From contig JAHPZH010000002.1 of assembly GCA_019058315.1 (NCBI GenBank), positions 192,001-256,000 of the forward strand: a DNA stretch of 64,000 nucleotides, given 5' to 3'. Both the position numbers and the translations under genes were made by a program. The notes below the pieces were generated by a model. That model searched no databases, was not told the origin of the DNA, and saw only the letters and a program-made list of their open reading frames with translations. How positions within the stretch are numbered: position 1 is the first letter of the stretch; each line of letters begins with the position of its first letter. Shown here in pieces: positions 1 to 8,859 of this stretch. Source of the stretch: Candidatus Helarchaeota archaeon (lineage in GTDB: Archaea; Asgardarchaeota; Lokiarchaeia; Helarchaeales; RDOG01).

Positions 1-938
1 TGAAAATACCAAATGAAATTATTGAAAGGAAATTTGATTCCCTCATTCTCCATCATTTAGGTGATGAAATCTATCGTAAAGGTGAGGGTGCTTGTGTTTG
101 GAGGTCAGATTTAGATAAATATATGACTGATTTAGCAGTAAATGCTAATGCTACTTTATTGGAAGGAAGTAAAATAATAAAAGCTACTTCTAAAAATCAA
201 ATATTTACATTATTCACTTATAATTCAAAAATTCAAAGTAGAATTTTAATTGCTGCTGATGGTGTCCCTTCAACCATCTTAAAATCTTTTGGGTGGAAAA
301 GTTTTCCTCAGAATGATATCGCTCAGACATTAACCTATGAAATAAAAATATCTGAAAAGAATATTGATAAAAGATTAGGCGAGACTAGTATGCACTTATA
401 CTTTGGGAAAAAAGATATTTGTGATATAGGATATGCTTGGCTTTTCCCAAAGAGAGAAGTAATAAGCGTTGGCTGGGGATGCGAATTATCCAAAATAAAG
501 AATGTTCGGGAAGAATTTCAAAACTTTTTGAAAATTGTCAAGAATGTGATTCATGATGGTAAAACAATAAAAAAAGCTGCACATTTAGTCCCTGTTGGAT
601 TTCAAAATAAGTTTAATGATAATGGATTGGTAGCTGTAGGGGATGCTGCTGGATTTGTTGATCCTTTAAGTGGGAAAGGTATTGCATATGCTGCAAGTTC
701 TGGAGTAATAGCCGGAAAAGTTATTAAAAAAGCTTTGGAAGAAGAAAATAAACAGATTATTTCAACAGAATATGAAAAAGAACTAAATTCAGAATTTTTA
801 AAGGCGCTAAAAGCTAAAAAAAAGATACAACCAGATGTTTATAAGTCAGATGATAATATAAGACGATTTTTAAATCTGTGGAAAGATAATAGATCTACAA
901 TTATTGCCCAAAAATTATGGGATTTAAAGGATAATTAA
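1..938 (+). CDS. Geranylgeranyl reductase-family FAD-dependent oxidoreductase (5' truncated by window edge)
   Basis: Frame is open from position 3 into the 123 ORF; motifs IAADG, GYAWLFP, VGDAAGFVDPLSGKGI. Confidence 0.85.
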   Translation, partial: KIPNEIIERKFDSLILHHLGDEIYRKGEGACVWRSDLDKYMTDLAVNANATLLEGSKIIKATSKNQIFTLFTYNSKIQSRILIAADGVPSTILKSFGWKSFPQNDIAQTLTYEIKISEKNIDKRLGETSMHLYFGKKDICDIGYAWLFPKREVISVGWGCELSKIKNVREEFQNFLKIVKNVIHDGKTIKKAAHLVPVGFQNKFNDNGLVAVGDAAGFVDPLSGKGIAYAASSGVIAGKVIKKALEEENKQIISTEYEKELNSEFLKALKAKKKIQPDVYKSDDNIRRFLNLWKDNRSTIIAQKLWDLKDN

Positions 939-1019
939 ACATACAATATTATAAAAATCTAAATTTTACTATACTATTTATTATTTAGATTCTAAGTTAA
1001 TCCATTGAGGATTATTTCT

Positions 1020-1790
1020 ATGGGAACAGATGAAAAAATAGAACGATTAGAAAGAAAAATTGATAAAAGAAGGATTAGAGAAAAACGATCGGAAGATCAA
1101 TCTGCTATTGAAGGAACTTTCGACACAGCTACGATAATGATATTATACGAATTAATAAATAAGCATGTATTAGATTACTTAGGTGGAGTAATTTCTACTG
1201 GAAAAGAAGCCAACGTTTACAAAGGTTTTGGAGAAGACGGTGAAATATATGCTGTTAAAATTTATCGCATCAAAACAGCCGATGCTAATTTTATGAAACA
1301 ATATATCATAGGAGATCCTAGATTTAAACGTGTTAGAAAAAAAACACATGATCTAGTTTATACATGGGCAGAAAAGGAATTTAAGAATTTAAAACGGGCA
1401 CATTCTGCAGGTGTGAGAGTTCCTAATCCAATTCACGTTAAAAAAAACATTTTAGTTATGGAATTTATTGGCGAAGGGGACATTTCTGCTCCCCGTTTAA
1501 AGGATTCACCACCTAAGAAACCACAAATGGTATTTAATAAAATTTATTCCTATATGAAGGGATTATACCAAAAAGCTAGACTTGTTCATGCAGATTTAAG
1601 CGAATATAATATCCTCATGTGGAAAGGACCAGTTATTATTGATATTTCTCAAGCGGTAACTCTAGAACATCCCAATGCTGAAGAATTCCTACTCAGGGAC
1701 ATTCAAAATATATTAAAATATTTTAACCAATTCAAAGGGATTAAACTTCCTACTTTAAAAAAAGCATACAAAGAGATTACGAAGGTTTAA
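1020..1790 (+). CDS. rio1: RIO1-family serine protein kinase (SSU biogenesis)
   Basis: STGKEANVY, AVKIYR, LVHADLSEYNIL, IIDISQAV; ATG at 1020 follows GAGG. Confidence 0.93.
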   Translation: MGTDEKIERLERKIDKRRIREKRSEDQSAIEGTFDTATIMILYELINKHVLDYLGGVISTGKEANVYKGFGEDGEIYAVKIYRIKTADANFMKQYIIGDPRFKRVRKKTHDLVYTWAEKEFKNLKRAHSAGVRVPNPIHVKKNILVMEFIGEGDISAPRLKDSPPKKPQMVFNKIYSYMKGLYQKARLVHADLSEYNILMWKGPVIIDISQAVTLEHPNAEEFLLRDIQNILKYFNQFKGIKLPTLKKAYKEITKV

Positions 1791-1803
1791 ATGAGGCATA
1801 TTA

Positions 1804-2388
1804 TTGTCTGCTAATCAAGAATTTTTTGTTAAAATCGCTAAAAATCGCATTGCTGTGTTAATTGGACCAAATGGGGAAACCAAATCATTAATTGAAAGGA
1901 AAACTAATTCTAAAATTGATATTAATAGTAAAGAGGGGGATGTTACAATTTCTTCAACATCTAAAACAACTGATCCTCTTTCTATCTGGACTGCAAAAGA
2001 TATTGTAACAGCGATTGGTAGAGGTTTTAGTCCAGAAAAAACGTATTCACTATTAAATGAAGAAATAATGTTAGAGGTAATAGATTTAAGTATTTTTTGT
2101 GGTAAATCAAAAAGTAAATTATTACGTTTAAAGGGTCGAATAATTGGAGAAAAAGGTAAGACCCGAAGAATGATTGAAGAATTAACAGAAGCATATATTT
2201 CTGTATTCGGACATACTGTTGGGATAATTGGTGAGCAATTATCTCTGGAAACAGCTAAAAAAGCTATTATGATGTTAATTAAGGGGTCACAGCATTCTTC
2301 AGTTTACAAATTTTTAGGTAGAAAGCGAGATAAAATTAAAAAAACTAAATTCTCAATCTGGAAACCATTTCAACTAGAGGAAGAATAA
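1804..2388 (+). CDS. KH-domain rRNA-processing protein Dim2/Pno1
   Basis: RIAVLIG..GETK, AIGRGFSPE, KGRIIGEKGKTR; conserved archaeal rio1-dim2 gene order. Confidence 0.92.
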   Translation: MSANQEFFVKIAKNRIAVLIGPNGETKSLIERKTNSKIDINSKEGDVTISSTSKTTDPLSIWTAKDIVTAIGRGFSPEKTYSLLNEEIMLEVIDLSIFCGKSKSKLLRLKGRIIGEKGKTRRMIEELTEAYISVFGHTVGIIGEQLSLETAKKAIMMLIKGSQHSSVYKFLGRKRDKIKKTKFSIWKPFQLEEE

Positions 2389-2485
2389 TTATTTTGTGTC
2401 AGATTATAAAGTATTAATATGGATAAATAGAAAATCCACTATTTATAAGGCTTTATCATTCTTGAAATGTTCAAGATTTTTTATT

Positions 2486-2563
2486 TTACTTTTTACTTCC
2501 ACTAACTCTACCAGCAACCTTTTTCTTTTTCAATTTTATTTTTTTTGGTGGTCTTTTCTTCAT
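2486..2563 (-). CDS. Unannotated 25-aa very basic small protein MKKRPPKKIKLKKKKVAGRVSGSKK
   Basis: ATG preceded by GAGGTG Shine-Dalgarno at 6 nt spacing, AT-rich promoter-like region upstream; below the ORF-track length cutoff. Confidence 0.55.
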   Translation of the reverse strand: MKKRPPKKIKLKKKKVAGRVSGSKK

Positions 2564-2677
2564 TTAAAACACCTCAATTCTTTTATATTCTTTTTAAAAT
2601 ATTCAAATTATTAATTTAGAGTTAAAGATTTATCGAATTTTATTATTTAAACATTAAGTTAAAAAAAAATGAAAAAA

Positions 2678-2758
2678 TTATTTTTCAGAATCGCCTTCAG
2701 GACTTATCTCTTCAAGTATTAAGCCATCTTCGGTAATTGGAGCCTTTCTGAGGATAAA
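2678..2758 (-). repeat. Diverged duplicate of the 3' end of the 2934..6656 gene (FILRKAPITEDGLILEEISPEGDSEK*)
   Basis: Aligns in codon phase with FILNKAPVTEDDIVFEMDTEISGK* at 2934..3008; both copies are followed by T-rich tracts. Confidence 0.75.
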
Positions 2759-2798
2759 AGGAGAATGATTTCAATATAATAAAGTAGAAAAAAAACAT

Positions 2799-2909
2799 TC
2801 AGAATTTATGTTTCTTTTCAAGAATAAGTGGATCATCACCGTAACGGACTTTTCTTCCTTTATAATATAGTTTCACTTTTTCATTACAAATTTGTATTCG
2901 AGGATGTAA
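2799..2909 (-). pseudogene. Start-less 3' remnant of an unknown gene (LHPRIQICNEKVKLYYKGRKVRYGDDPLILEKKHKF*)
   Basis: 37 open codons with protein-like composition, no start codon, lying between the two duplicated gene ends. Confidence 0.35.
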
Positions 2910-2933
2910 AAGAAAAAAATAAAAAAAAATAAA

Positions 2934-5900
2934 TTATTTTCCTGAAATTTCTGTATCCATTTCAAAAACTATATCATCTTCGGTAACTGGAGCCTTATTA
3001 AGAATAAATTCTTCAATTTGTTTATCTAAAGGTTCGATTTTAGAATTTAATTCTTTAATTTTTTGATATAATTCTTCGATTTTTACTTCTTGAACCTCTA
3101 ACTTTCCAGTATATCTTGCTCTTGATGATTGTTCGCTAGAGTGTAAACTTTTCAAATTTTCCCTTAATCTTTTTTGGTCCTGAACAATATCATCATATTC
3201 TTTTTGTAACTCAGAAATTTCTTTTAAGATGTCCTTTTTGTTTTCTAATAAACCTACTAATTCCAAAAGGAACTCGTTCTGTTCATTATTTAAAAGGTTT
3301 CTTTCGATCCAGTGCTCTATTACTATTCTCGTTATATCTGTATAAATTATGCTAGATTCCGTTTTAGTTCTTAGCTTAAATTCATATTCTTTATTTAATG
3401 TTGATTCAGCAATTCTTGTCTTAAAACTCCAAAACTTAAATTTCTCTCGATAATCATAATCACCTGGAACAATTTCATAATTAGACTCTTTTGCATGTTC
3501 TATGATAATATCTCGAGAAAATTCATTGTGGTTTGTCATGGTGTATACATTTGTTTGGATTATGTAATATTTTTCATAAATACCGGATCTTTTAAAGACA
3601 ATTTCATGAGGTTCTTTCTGGGTTTTTTCTGATTTTCTATGTATCACATATACATTCGTATCTTGATCTACTGGAATTCGATATTTATCATTTTCTTTTA
3701 GGGTTGGTAATATGGATTCACCAATGTAATTCTTTTTGTCCCAAACCGTAACTGGACCACACATTATGGTTTTTGCTAACGTGTTTTCTATTTCAAAATT
3801 TAATATAGGGTACTCTGAACCTCTATCCAAATTAAAAACTAGATATAACTGACAATTAACTCGTTCTCTGAAAATATTCTCTATTTTCGACTGTCTCCCA
3901 GGAACAAGATCAACTCTAGGATCATCTAAATATTTTTGTATATTTGCATCGTTCATTTTGTAACATTCTAAGTTGAATCCTTCAGTTTCTTTAATCAATT
4001 TATAGGAAAGTTCTGAGTCATTGATTAATTTCATATTAGAAAATTGATTCATTCCTTCTTGTGCAAATGGTGTAAATGAGAATGGATCTCTTATTGGACC
4101 TTTGAACTTCAATACGAATGTTTTTTTCTCTTTTGGACCAATATTGATCAAAAATCTATAGAAATCTTGAAGTTCTTCATAAGGATTTGAAGAATCAAAT
4201 AGATCATACTGAATTTTGGGATGTTCGAGGATAATCGCCTTACTTTCCTCACCTTTATTCTCGAGAGAATATTCATAGATATATATTAATTCCTTTAAAC
4301 GGAAAAGTCCCCATAAGTAATAAATTAGACCAGTATCTTCGGTTTTTGTTTCAGTGTTTAATATAATTTCACAATTTGTGTCAATTGAATATGGTATGAT
4401 TGTTTTCTCTTTCTTTTCTAAGATCGGTAGCATACCTACGCTTAAAAATTTCTCATCCTGATATATTGTTATGGGACCTGATTCTATGATTTTATCCAAA
4501 GAATTGATTACTTCAACACATTTTAAAGGATAATTTCTAGTATAAGTGTAGTTAAATAAGCTAATTTTTTTGCCATCAATTTCGGATTCATATTTATTTT
4601 CTATGACATTTTGTTGAACATCATCGATTTTCTTTTCTTTTACTTCACAACATTTCAGTTTTAATGTATCCGGCTTCATAGTAATATTATATGTTAAATC
4701 TGTGCTTACAATAAGTCCTTGAGAATGTAATCTATTTACTAGATTTGGAGATATCGAATCGAGACCTGTGCCAATTTTATTTAATTTTCTAAAAGTAATT
4801 ACGAACTCTTTAACCTCTCGAGCTTTTATTTCTACTCTGAATCTAAGATAATTTGCTGTTTTTTCAATGGGTTCTTCAGTATCATAAAGATAAAAACCTG
4901 AGACTTTTGGCTGTTCTATAATAAGAGCTTTATCTAATGTTGAAGAATTAATTATTTTATAAACAAATTTTTTGATACTATAGACCATTTTATAAAAACT
5001 GCCATTTTTAAAAATAAATTGTCTCGTATCTTTTTGAATATCCTCAATTTTCTTTAGAACTCTTACCTGTAAATCAACAGAATACGGAACTCTTCTTTCC
5101 TCAGTTGGTCTTAAAAATGGTAAAACTGCTTCACCCTCAAAAATAGCTTCCGATGATTCGGGCTCGAAACCATAAAATGAAATAGGTCCACTTTCTAAGG
5201 AATATCCACTCGTGTTTTTAATGTTAACAGAAAGCATCGGGTTAATTTCTCGAACTTTTTCATTGTAAACACTCACTTTTTCTCCTTTGATTTTCTTTTG
5301 AAGTATTGGAATTAAAGCAGATTGATTTCTTTTAACAGTTACAGGTACTGGCACAACATATCTAAAAGCTAACTCTTCCGAAGATTTAGCCTCTTCAGAT
5401 ACTTTAAAATCGGAAACCGTTTTAGACGAGCTATCAGCTGAGGTACCTGATGAAAAAGCTAAACTAGATGTAGGTCCACCTCTAAAAACACTAGTAGCAT
5501 CTGCTATAGTTAATTTTGGTAGATCATCAGGTATCTCTTCTTCATCCATGTCCATTTCAAGTTCTATTGGCTCTTCTTTTCCTAATTCTCTCATTTTTCT
5601 TTTCTTTGGTGCTTTTAATTCGGACATTAATGCTGAGGTTGCTCGTGCCATTGGTGGAGGTGGTGCAGGTACCGCAGGAGGACCGCCTGGACCCGCAGCA
5701 AAACCTAATTTTTTACCTTTTTTAGGTCGTGAGGGTTTTCTTTCAACTGCACCTGCTGGCATATCTTCTGTTTCTGGAAGAAGTCCAACTTCAGCTTCAC
5801 TTTCCTCAAATTCAACAGCAGATAAACCATACTCTTTTTCTGGTTTCTTAAAGGATCGAGTTATCCAATTTGGTGTGTACAAATCGTAGACGAAAGAAAT

Positions 5901-6656
5901 AGGAAGCCCAGACACTAAAGTAAGATCCACATTTAGCCAATCTTCGTCTAGAACATTATCGACTAAGGCGTAATTTTGTAAATAAAATTCAGAATCATCT
6001 TCAAACATTCCGCTTATTAAACGATAACTACATTTCCAGCTTGGAGTATCTTGAAGGTATATTATCATTACTTCTTCGTTAGGCGAATCCCCATCAAAAT
6101 AAATCGTTAATGTTTTATTATCTTTCTTTTTGCCCAAATAGATGGTATTAATAAAAAATTCTAACTCATCTTGCATTTTTTTATCTTGTAATGTAAAGTT
6201 TGAGTCTGGACCTGTTATATCCATTAATTTAATATTTTTTATCTGTCCACCCTTCTCGCAGATTGTGACATAGGGTTCAGGTATCGCCTTTTCCTTTCCC
6301 TCTCTCAGATATTCTTGAATTCCTAAAATCTTTCCTTCAACCATATGATTTGTGAATTCTATTTTAATTTCGGTCCCAATTAATTGCTTTATAAGGGTAA
6401 TAAACGCATCAATTTGTGGAACTTTAATTAATGATCCCTCTAATGCCTTTGCTGTGTCGATATCACTTGCTTCATAGGATACACCAGCTATTTTCGCTTT
6501 CTCTGTCAAAATCGAAAGTGTTGCCAGAAGATCATTCATTGTTTTCTTTCTAAAAGAAAAAGTCACAGACTTATCTTTAGTTAAGTCAATGGCACCTCTT
6601 CTCTCAAAGTATCCAATTCCAGTCTTAAATAGTACAACTTTTTTAATATCTAACAT
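2934..6656 (-). CDS. Large DUF4139-like protein with triplicated C-terminal beta domain, Pro-rich linker and C-terminal coiled coil
   Basis: N-terminal VVLFKTGIGYFER, PSWKCSYR, VDN..DEDWLNVDLTLVSG.P; three copies of N....(L/I)E(S/C)GP(I/V)....G...LP.L...E...(I/V)P. Confidence 0.75.
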   Translation of the reverse strand: MLDIKKVVLFKTGIGYFERRGAIDLTKDKSVTFSFRKKTMNDLLATLSILTEKAKIAGVSYEASDIDTAKALEGSLIKVPQIDAFITLIKQLIGTEIKIEFTNHMVEGKILGIQEYLREGKEKAIPEPYVTICEKGGQIKNIKLMDITGPDSNFTLQDKKMQDELEFFINTIYLGKKKDNKTLTIYFDGDSPNEEVMIIYLQDTPSWKCSYRLISGMFEDDSEFYLQNYALVDNVLDEDWLNVDLTLVSGLPISFVYDLYTPNWITRSFKKPEKEYGLSAVEFEESEAEVGLLPETEDMPAGAVERKPSRPKKGKKLGFAAGPGGPPAVPAPPPPMARATSALMSELKAPKKRKMRELGKEEPIELEMDMDEEEIPDDLPKLTIADATSVFRGGPTSSLAFSSGTSADSSSKTVSDFKVSEEAKSSEELAFRYVVPVPVTVKRNQSALIPILQKKIKGEKVSVYNEKVREINPMLSVNIKNTSGYSLESGPISFYGFEPESSEAIFEGEAVLPFLRPTEERRVPYSVDLQVRVLKKIEDIQKDTRQFIFKNGSFYKMVYSIKKFVYKIINSSTLDKALIIEQPKVSGFYLYDTEEPIEKTANYLRFRVEIKAREVKEFVITFRKLNKIGTGLDSISPNLVNRLHSQGLIVSTDLTYNITMKPDTLKLKCCEVKEKKIDDVQQNVIENKYESEIDGKKISLFNYTYTRNYPLKCVEVINSLDKIIESGPITIYQDEKFLSVGMLPILEKKEKTIIPYSIDTNCEIILNTETKTEDTGLIYYLWGLFRLKELIYIYEYSLENKGEESKAIILEHPKIQYDLFDSSNPYEELQDFYRFLINIGPKEKKTFVLKFKGPIRDPFSFTPFAQEGMNQFSNMKLINDSELSYKLIKETEGFNLECYKMNDANIQKYLDDPRVDLVPGRQSKIENIFRERVNCQLYLVFNLDRGSEYPILNFEIENTLAKTIMCGPVTVWDKKNYIGESILPTLKENDKYRIPVDQDTNVYVIHRKSEKTQKEPHEIVFKRSGIYEKYYIIQTNVYTMTNHNEFSRDIIIEHAKESNYEIVPGDYDYREKFKFWSFKTRIAESTLNKEYEFKLRTKTESSIIYTDITRIVIEHWIERNLLNNEQNEFLLELVGLLENKKDILKEISELQKEYDDIVQDQKRLRENLKSLHSSEQSSRARYTGKLEVQEVKIEELYQKIKELNSKIEPLDKQIEEFILNKAPVTEDDIVFEMDTEISGK

Positions 6657-6895
6657 GTAAATCGCCCTTTTTCCAAGATTATTTTAATTTTTTCAGAAAT
6701 ATAAAAAGGCAATTCATCTAAAAAATTCTTAATATTTAAAACTTATAATTTGTAGAATAATTGTTGGATTTCAAAAACCATAAAATTAATAAAATTGGAA
6801 TCATTCAATTTCTAAAGGCTCTATTTTATTATTCGATAGCGAAATAGTAAAATCTCAACCTAAAGAGTCTGTAAATAGTAGACAAACAATAATTA

Positions 6896-6972
6896 GCCGT
6901 CGTGGCTTAGTTAGGTAGAGCATCCGGCTGTTAACCGGACGGTCGTAGGTTCGAATCCTACCGACGGCGCCA
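6896..6972 (+). tRNA. tRNA-Asn(GTT), intronless, CCA encoded
   Basis: GCCGTCG/CGACGGC acceptor stem, TCCGG-CT-GTT-AA-CCGGA anticodon arm, GTAGG-TTCGAAT-CCTAC T arm. Confidence 0.97.
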
Positions 6973-6976
6973 ATAT

Positions 6977-7113
6977 GCTCCGATGGTGTAGAAAGCCGTA
7001 AAAAATGTTACTACGGTTTGCAAATCCCGGCCAAGCATAAAGGGCTTTCGATTACTTTGCTAAGGGTAAAAAGATACCCTTCGACCCGGGTTCGAATCCC
7101 GGTCGGAGCACCA
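6977..7113 (+). tRNA. tRNA-Glu(TTC) with two introns: D-loop (6993..7024, about 16/17) and canonical 37/38 (7051..7075)
   Basis: GCTCCGA/TCGGAGC acceptor, AAGGG/CCCTT anticodon stem, CCGGG-TTCGAAT-CCCGG; both inserts fold into bulge-helix-bulge motifs (TGTA/TGCA and CTTT/AAAG central helices). Confidence 0.9.
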
Positions 7114-7227
7114 TTTTTTATTTCTGCCTTTTAAATATATAAATAAGTTATTTTATAGATTATATCAACTTTTTATCTAAAATCCAAATTCCCTAGATAC
7201 AGATGATATTAAAAAGAAGGCGAATGA

Positions 7228-7452
7228 ATGAACTTTTATAAAAAGTTAATAATCATTGGAATTATTGGGGTTGTACCTATGGCAATTATTTTCGGTATTA
7301 TCATACCATGGATAGCATACGCAGCTATGTCGCTAAAAATTGAGATGCCAGAATATGGAACAATAGAATATCTAATCTTCATGCATGTAATGTGGACAAC
7401 AGATGACGAGGACCTTTATGTTTTTTTAAGATTAATTTGGTTATTGTCATAA
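7228..7452 (+). CDS. Small membrane protein, possibly a truncated remnant of a longer gene
   Basis: N-terminal hydrophobic helix, AAGG upstream; protein-like fragments (MNFDGTNWSV) continue after the stop. Confidence 0.4.
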   Translation: MNFYKKLIIIGIIGVVPMAIIFGIIIPWIAYAAMSLKIEMPEYGTIEYLIFMHVMWTTDDEDLYVFLRLIWLLS

Positions 7453-7604
7453 TAACAAATGAAAAATAAAAAATTCTTAATTTCAACACTTTATTCTTGA
7501 AAATGAATTTTGACGGAACAAATTGGTCTGTAATTTTTAGAACAAAGACTTTATTTTAAGAAATGATAGATAATCTTGAAAGAATATTTGCCAAATGATA
7601 AATA

Positions 7605-8825
7605 ATGTCGAAGAATCAAGAGCTGCTGGTAATCACTGCATATGGAAAGGACCGGCCTGGTTTAGTAAAAAATATTACATCCATTCTTGGTCAAAATAAT
7701 ATAAATATTGTTGATATTGAAGCACGAATTATGCGTGGTTTATTTATTATTTTCTTAATTGTTGATTTAAGTACAGGGTCTATCTCTAAAGAGGATCTGA
7801 TTAAAAAATATAACGAATTAGCGAATATAATCGATTTTGTTATCAATATAGAACCCTACAGAGAGGGGAGAAGAAAAGTTGAAAAAGAGCTTATGTTCCT
7901 AACAATTTTAGGTATGGACAGACCAGGAATTGTATTTGCACTATCTAAGTTAATGGCAGAATATAACGCAAACATTGAAAGCATTAAAATGATTTCTCGT
8001 GGTAAATTAATTGTAATGGAAGTACTTATTGATATAAGTGACTTAAAGATAGATCCAATTGATTTCAGAAAACATTTACAGGATTTATGGCAAGAATTAG
8101 GAGTCTCAGGAGTCTTTCAAAAAGAGGATATTTATCAAAAATCAAAAAAATTAATAGTTTTTGATATGGATAGCACATTAATACAAGCAGAAGTAATTGA
8201 TGAATTAGCTAAAGTTGCAGGTGTTGGTGATCGGGTTAAAGAACTCACTTCAAAAGCGATGAATGGAGAAATAGACTATAAAAAAGCATTAAAAGAACGG
8301 GTAAGTCTTTTAAAGGGGTTAGAAGAACCTGTTGTTGAGCAATTAGCTGAAAAAATTACACTTACACCTGGAGCTGAAGAATTAATCGAGATTTTAAAAA
8401 TATTAAATTATAAAATTGCTATTATCAGTGGAGGATTTAATATATTCACGAATACCCTAAAGAAAAAATTAGGCATTGACTATACCTTTTCAAATAAACT
8501 AGTCATAGAAAATGGTATTTTAACTGGTGAATTAGAAGAACCAATTATCGATGCAGAAGAAAAAGGAAGAATTATCTCTTGGTTAGCAACAGTTGAAAAT
8601 ATCTCAAAAAATGAAATTGTTGCTGTGGGTGATGGGGCTACAGATAGGTATATGTTTAATGCCTCTGGTTTAGGAATAGGATTTAATCCAAAGGATGTCC
8701 TAAAACAATTTTCTGACGGTGTAATTTCGGATAAAAATATATTTGGTTTATTATACGCCCTAGGAATACCAGAAAAAGAGTTAAAGAGATTGATAAATTC
8801 AGTTAATAATAAAAATCACAAATAA
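7605..8825 (+). CDS. serB: Phosphoserine phosphatase with two ACT domains
   Basis: G.DRPG ACT motifs twice, FDMDSTLI, ISGGF, AVGDGATD. Confidence 0.93.
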   Translation: MSKNQELLVITAYGKDRPGLVKNITSILGQNNINIVDIEARIMRGLFIIFLIVDLSTGSISKEDLIKKYNELANIIDFVINIEPYREGRRKVEKELMFLTILGMDRPGIVFALSKLMAEYNANIESIKMISRGKLIVMEVLIDISDLKIDPIDFRKHLQDLWQELGVSGVFQKEDIYQKSKKLIVFDMDSTLIQAEVIDELAKVAGVGDRVKELTSKAMNGEIDYKKALKERVSLLKGLEEPVVEQLAEKITLTPGAEELIEILKILNYKIAIISGGFNIFTNTLKKKLGIDYTFSNKLVIENGILTGELEEPIIDAEEKGRIISWLATVENISKNEIVAVGDGATDRYMFNASGLGIGFNPKDVLKQFSDGVISDKNIFGLLYALGIPEKELKRLINSVNNKNHK

Positions 8826-8859
8826 TTAATTTTATTCTTCAAATTTTAAGAAACGTGAC

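Noticed and set aside
2396-2614. 72-aa Phe-rich + strand ORF
   Set aside because: T-rich shadow of the SD-led basic micro-ORF on the minus strand; no start context
5516-5889. Two short + strand ORFs
   Set aside because: Antisense to the low-complexity linker of the DUF4139-like gene
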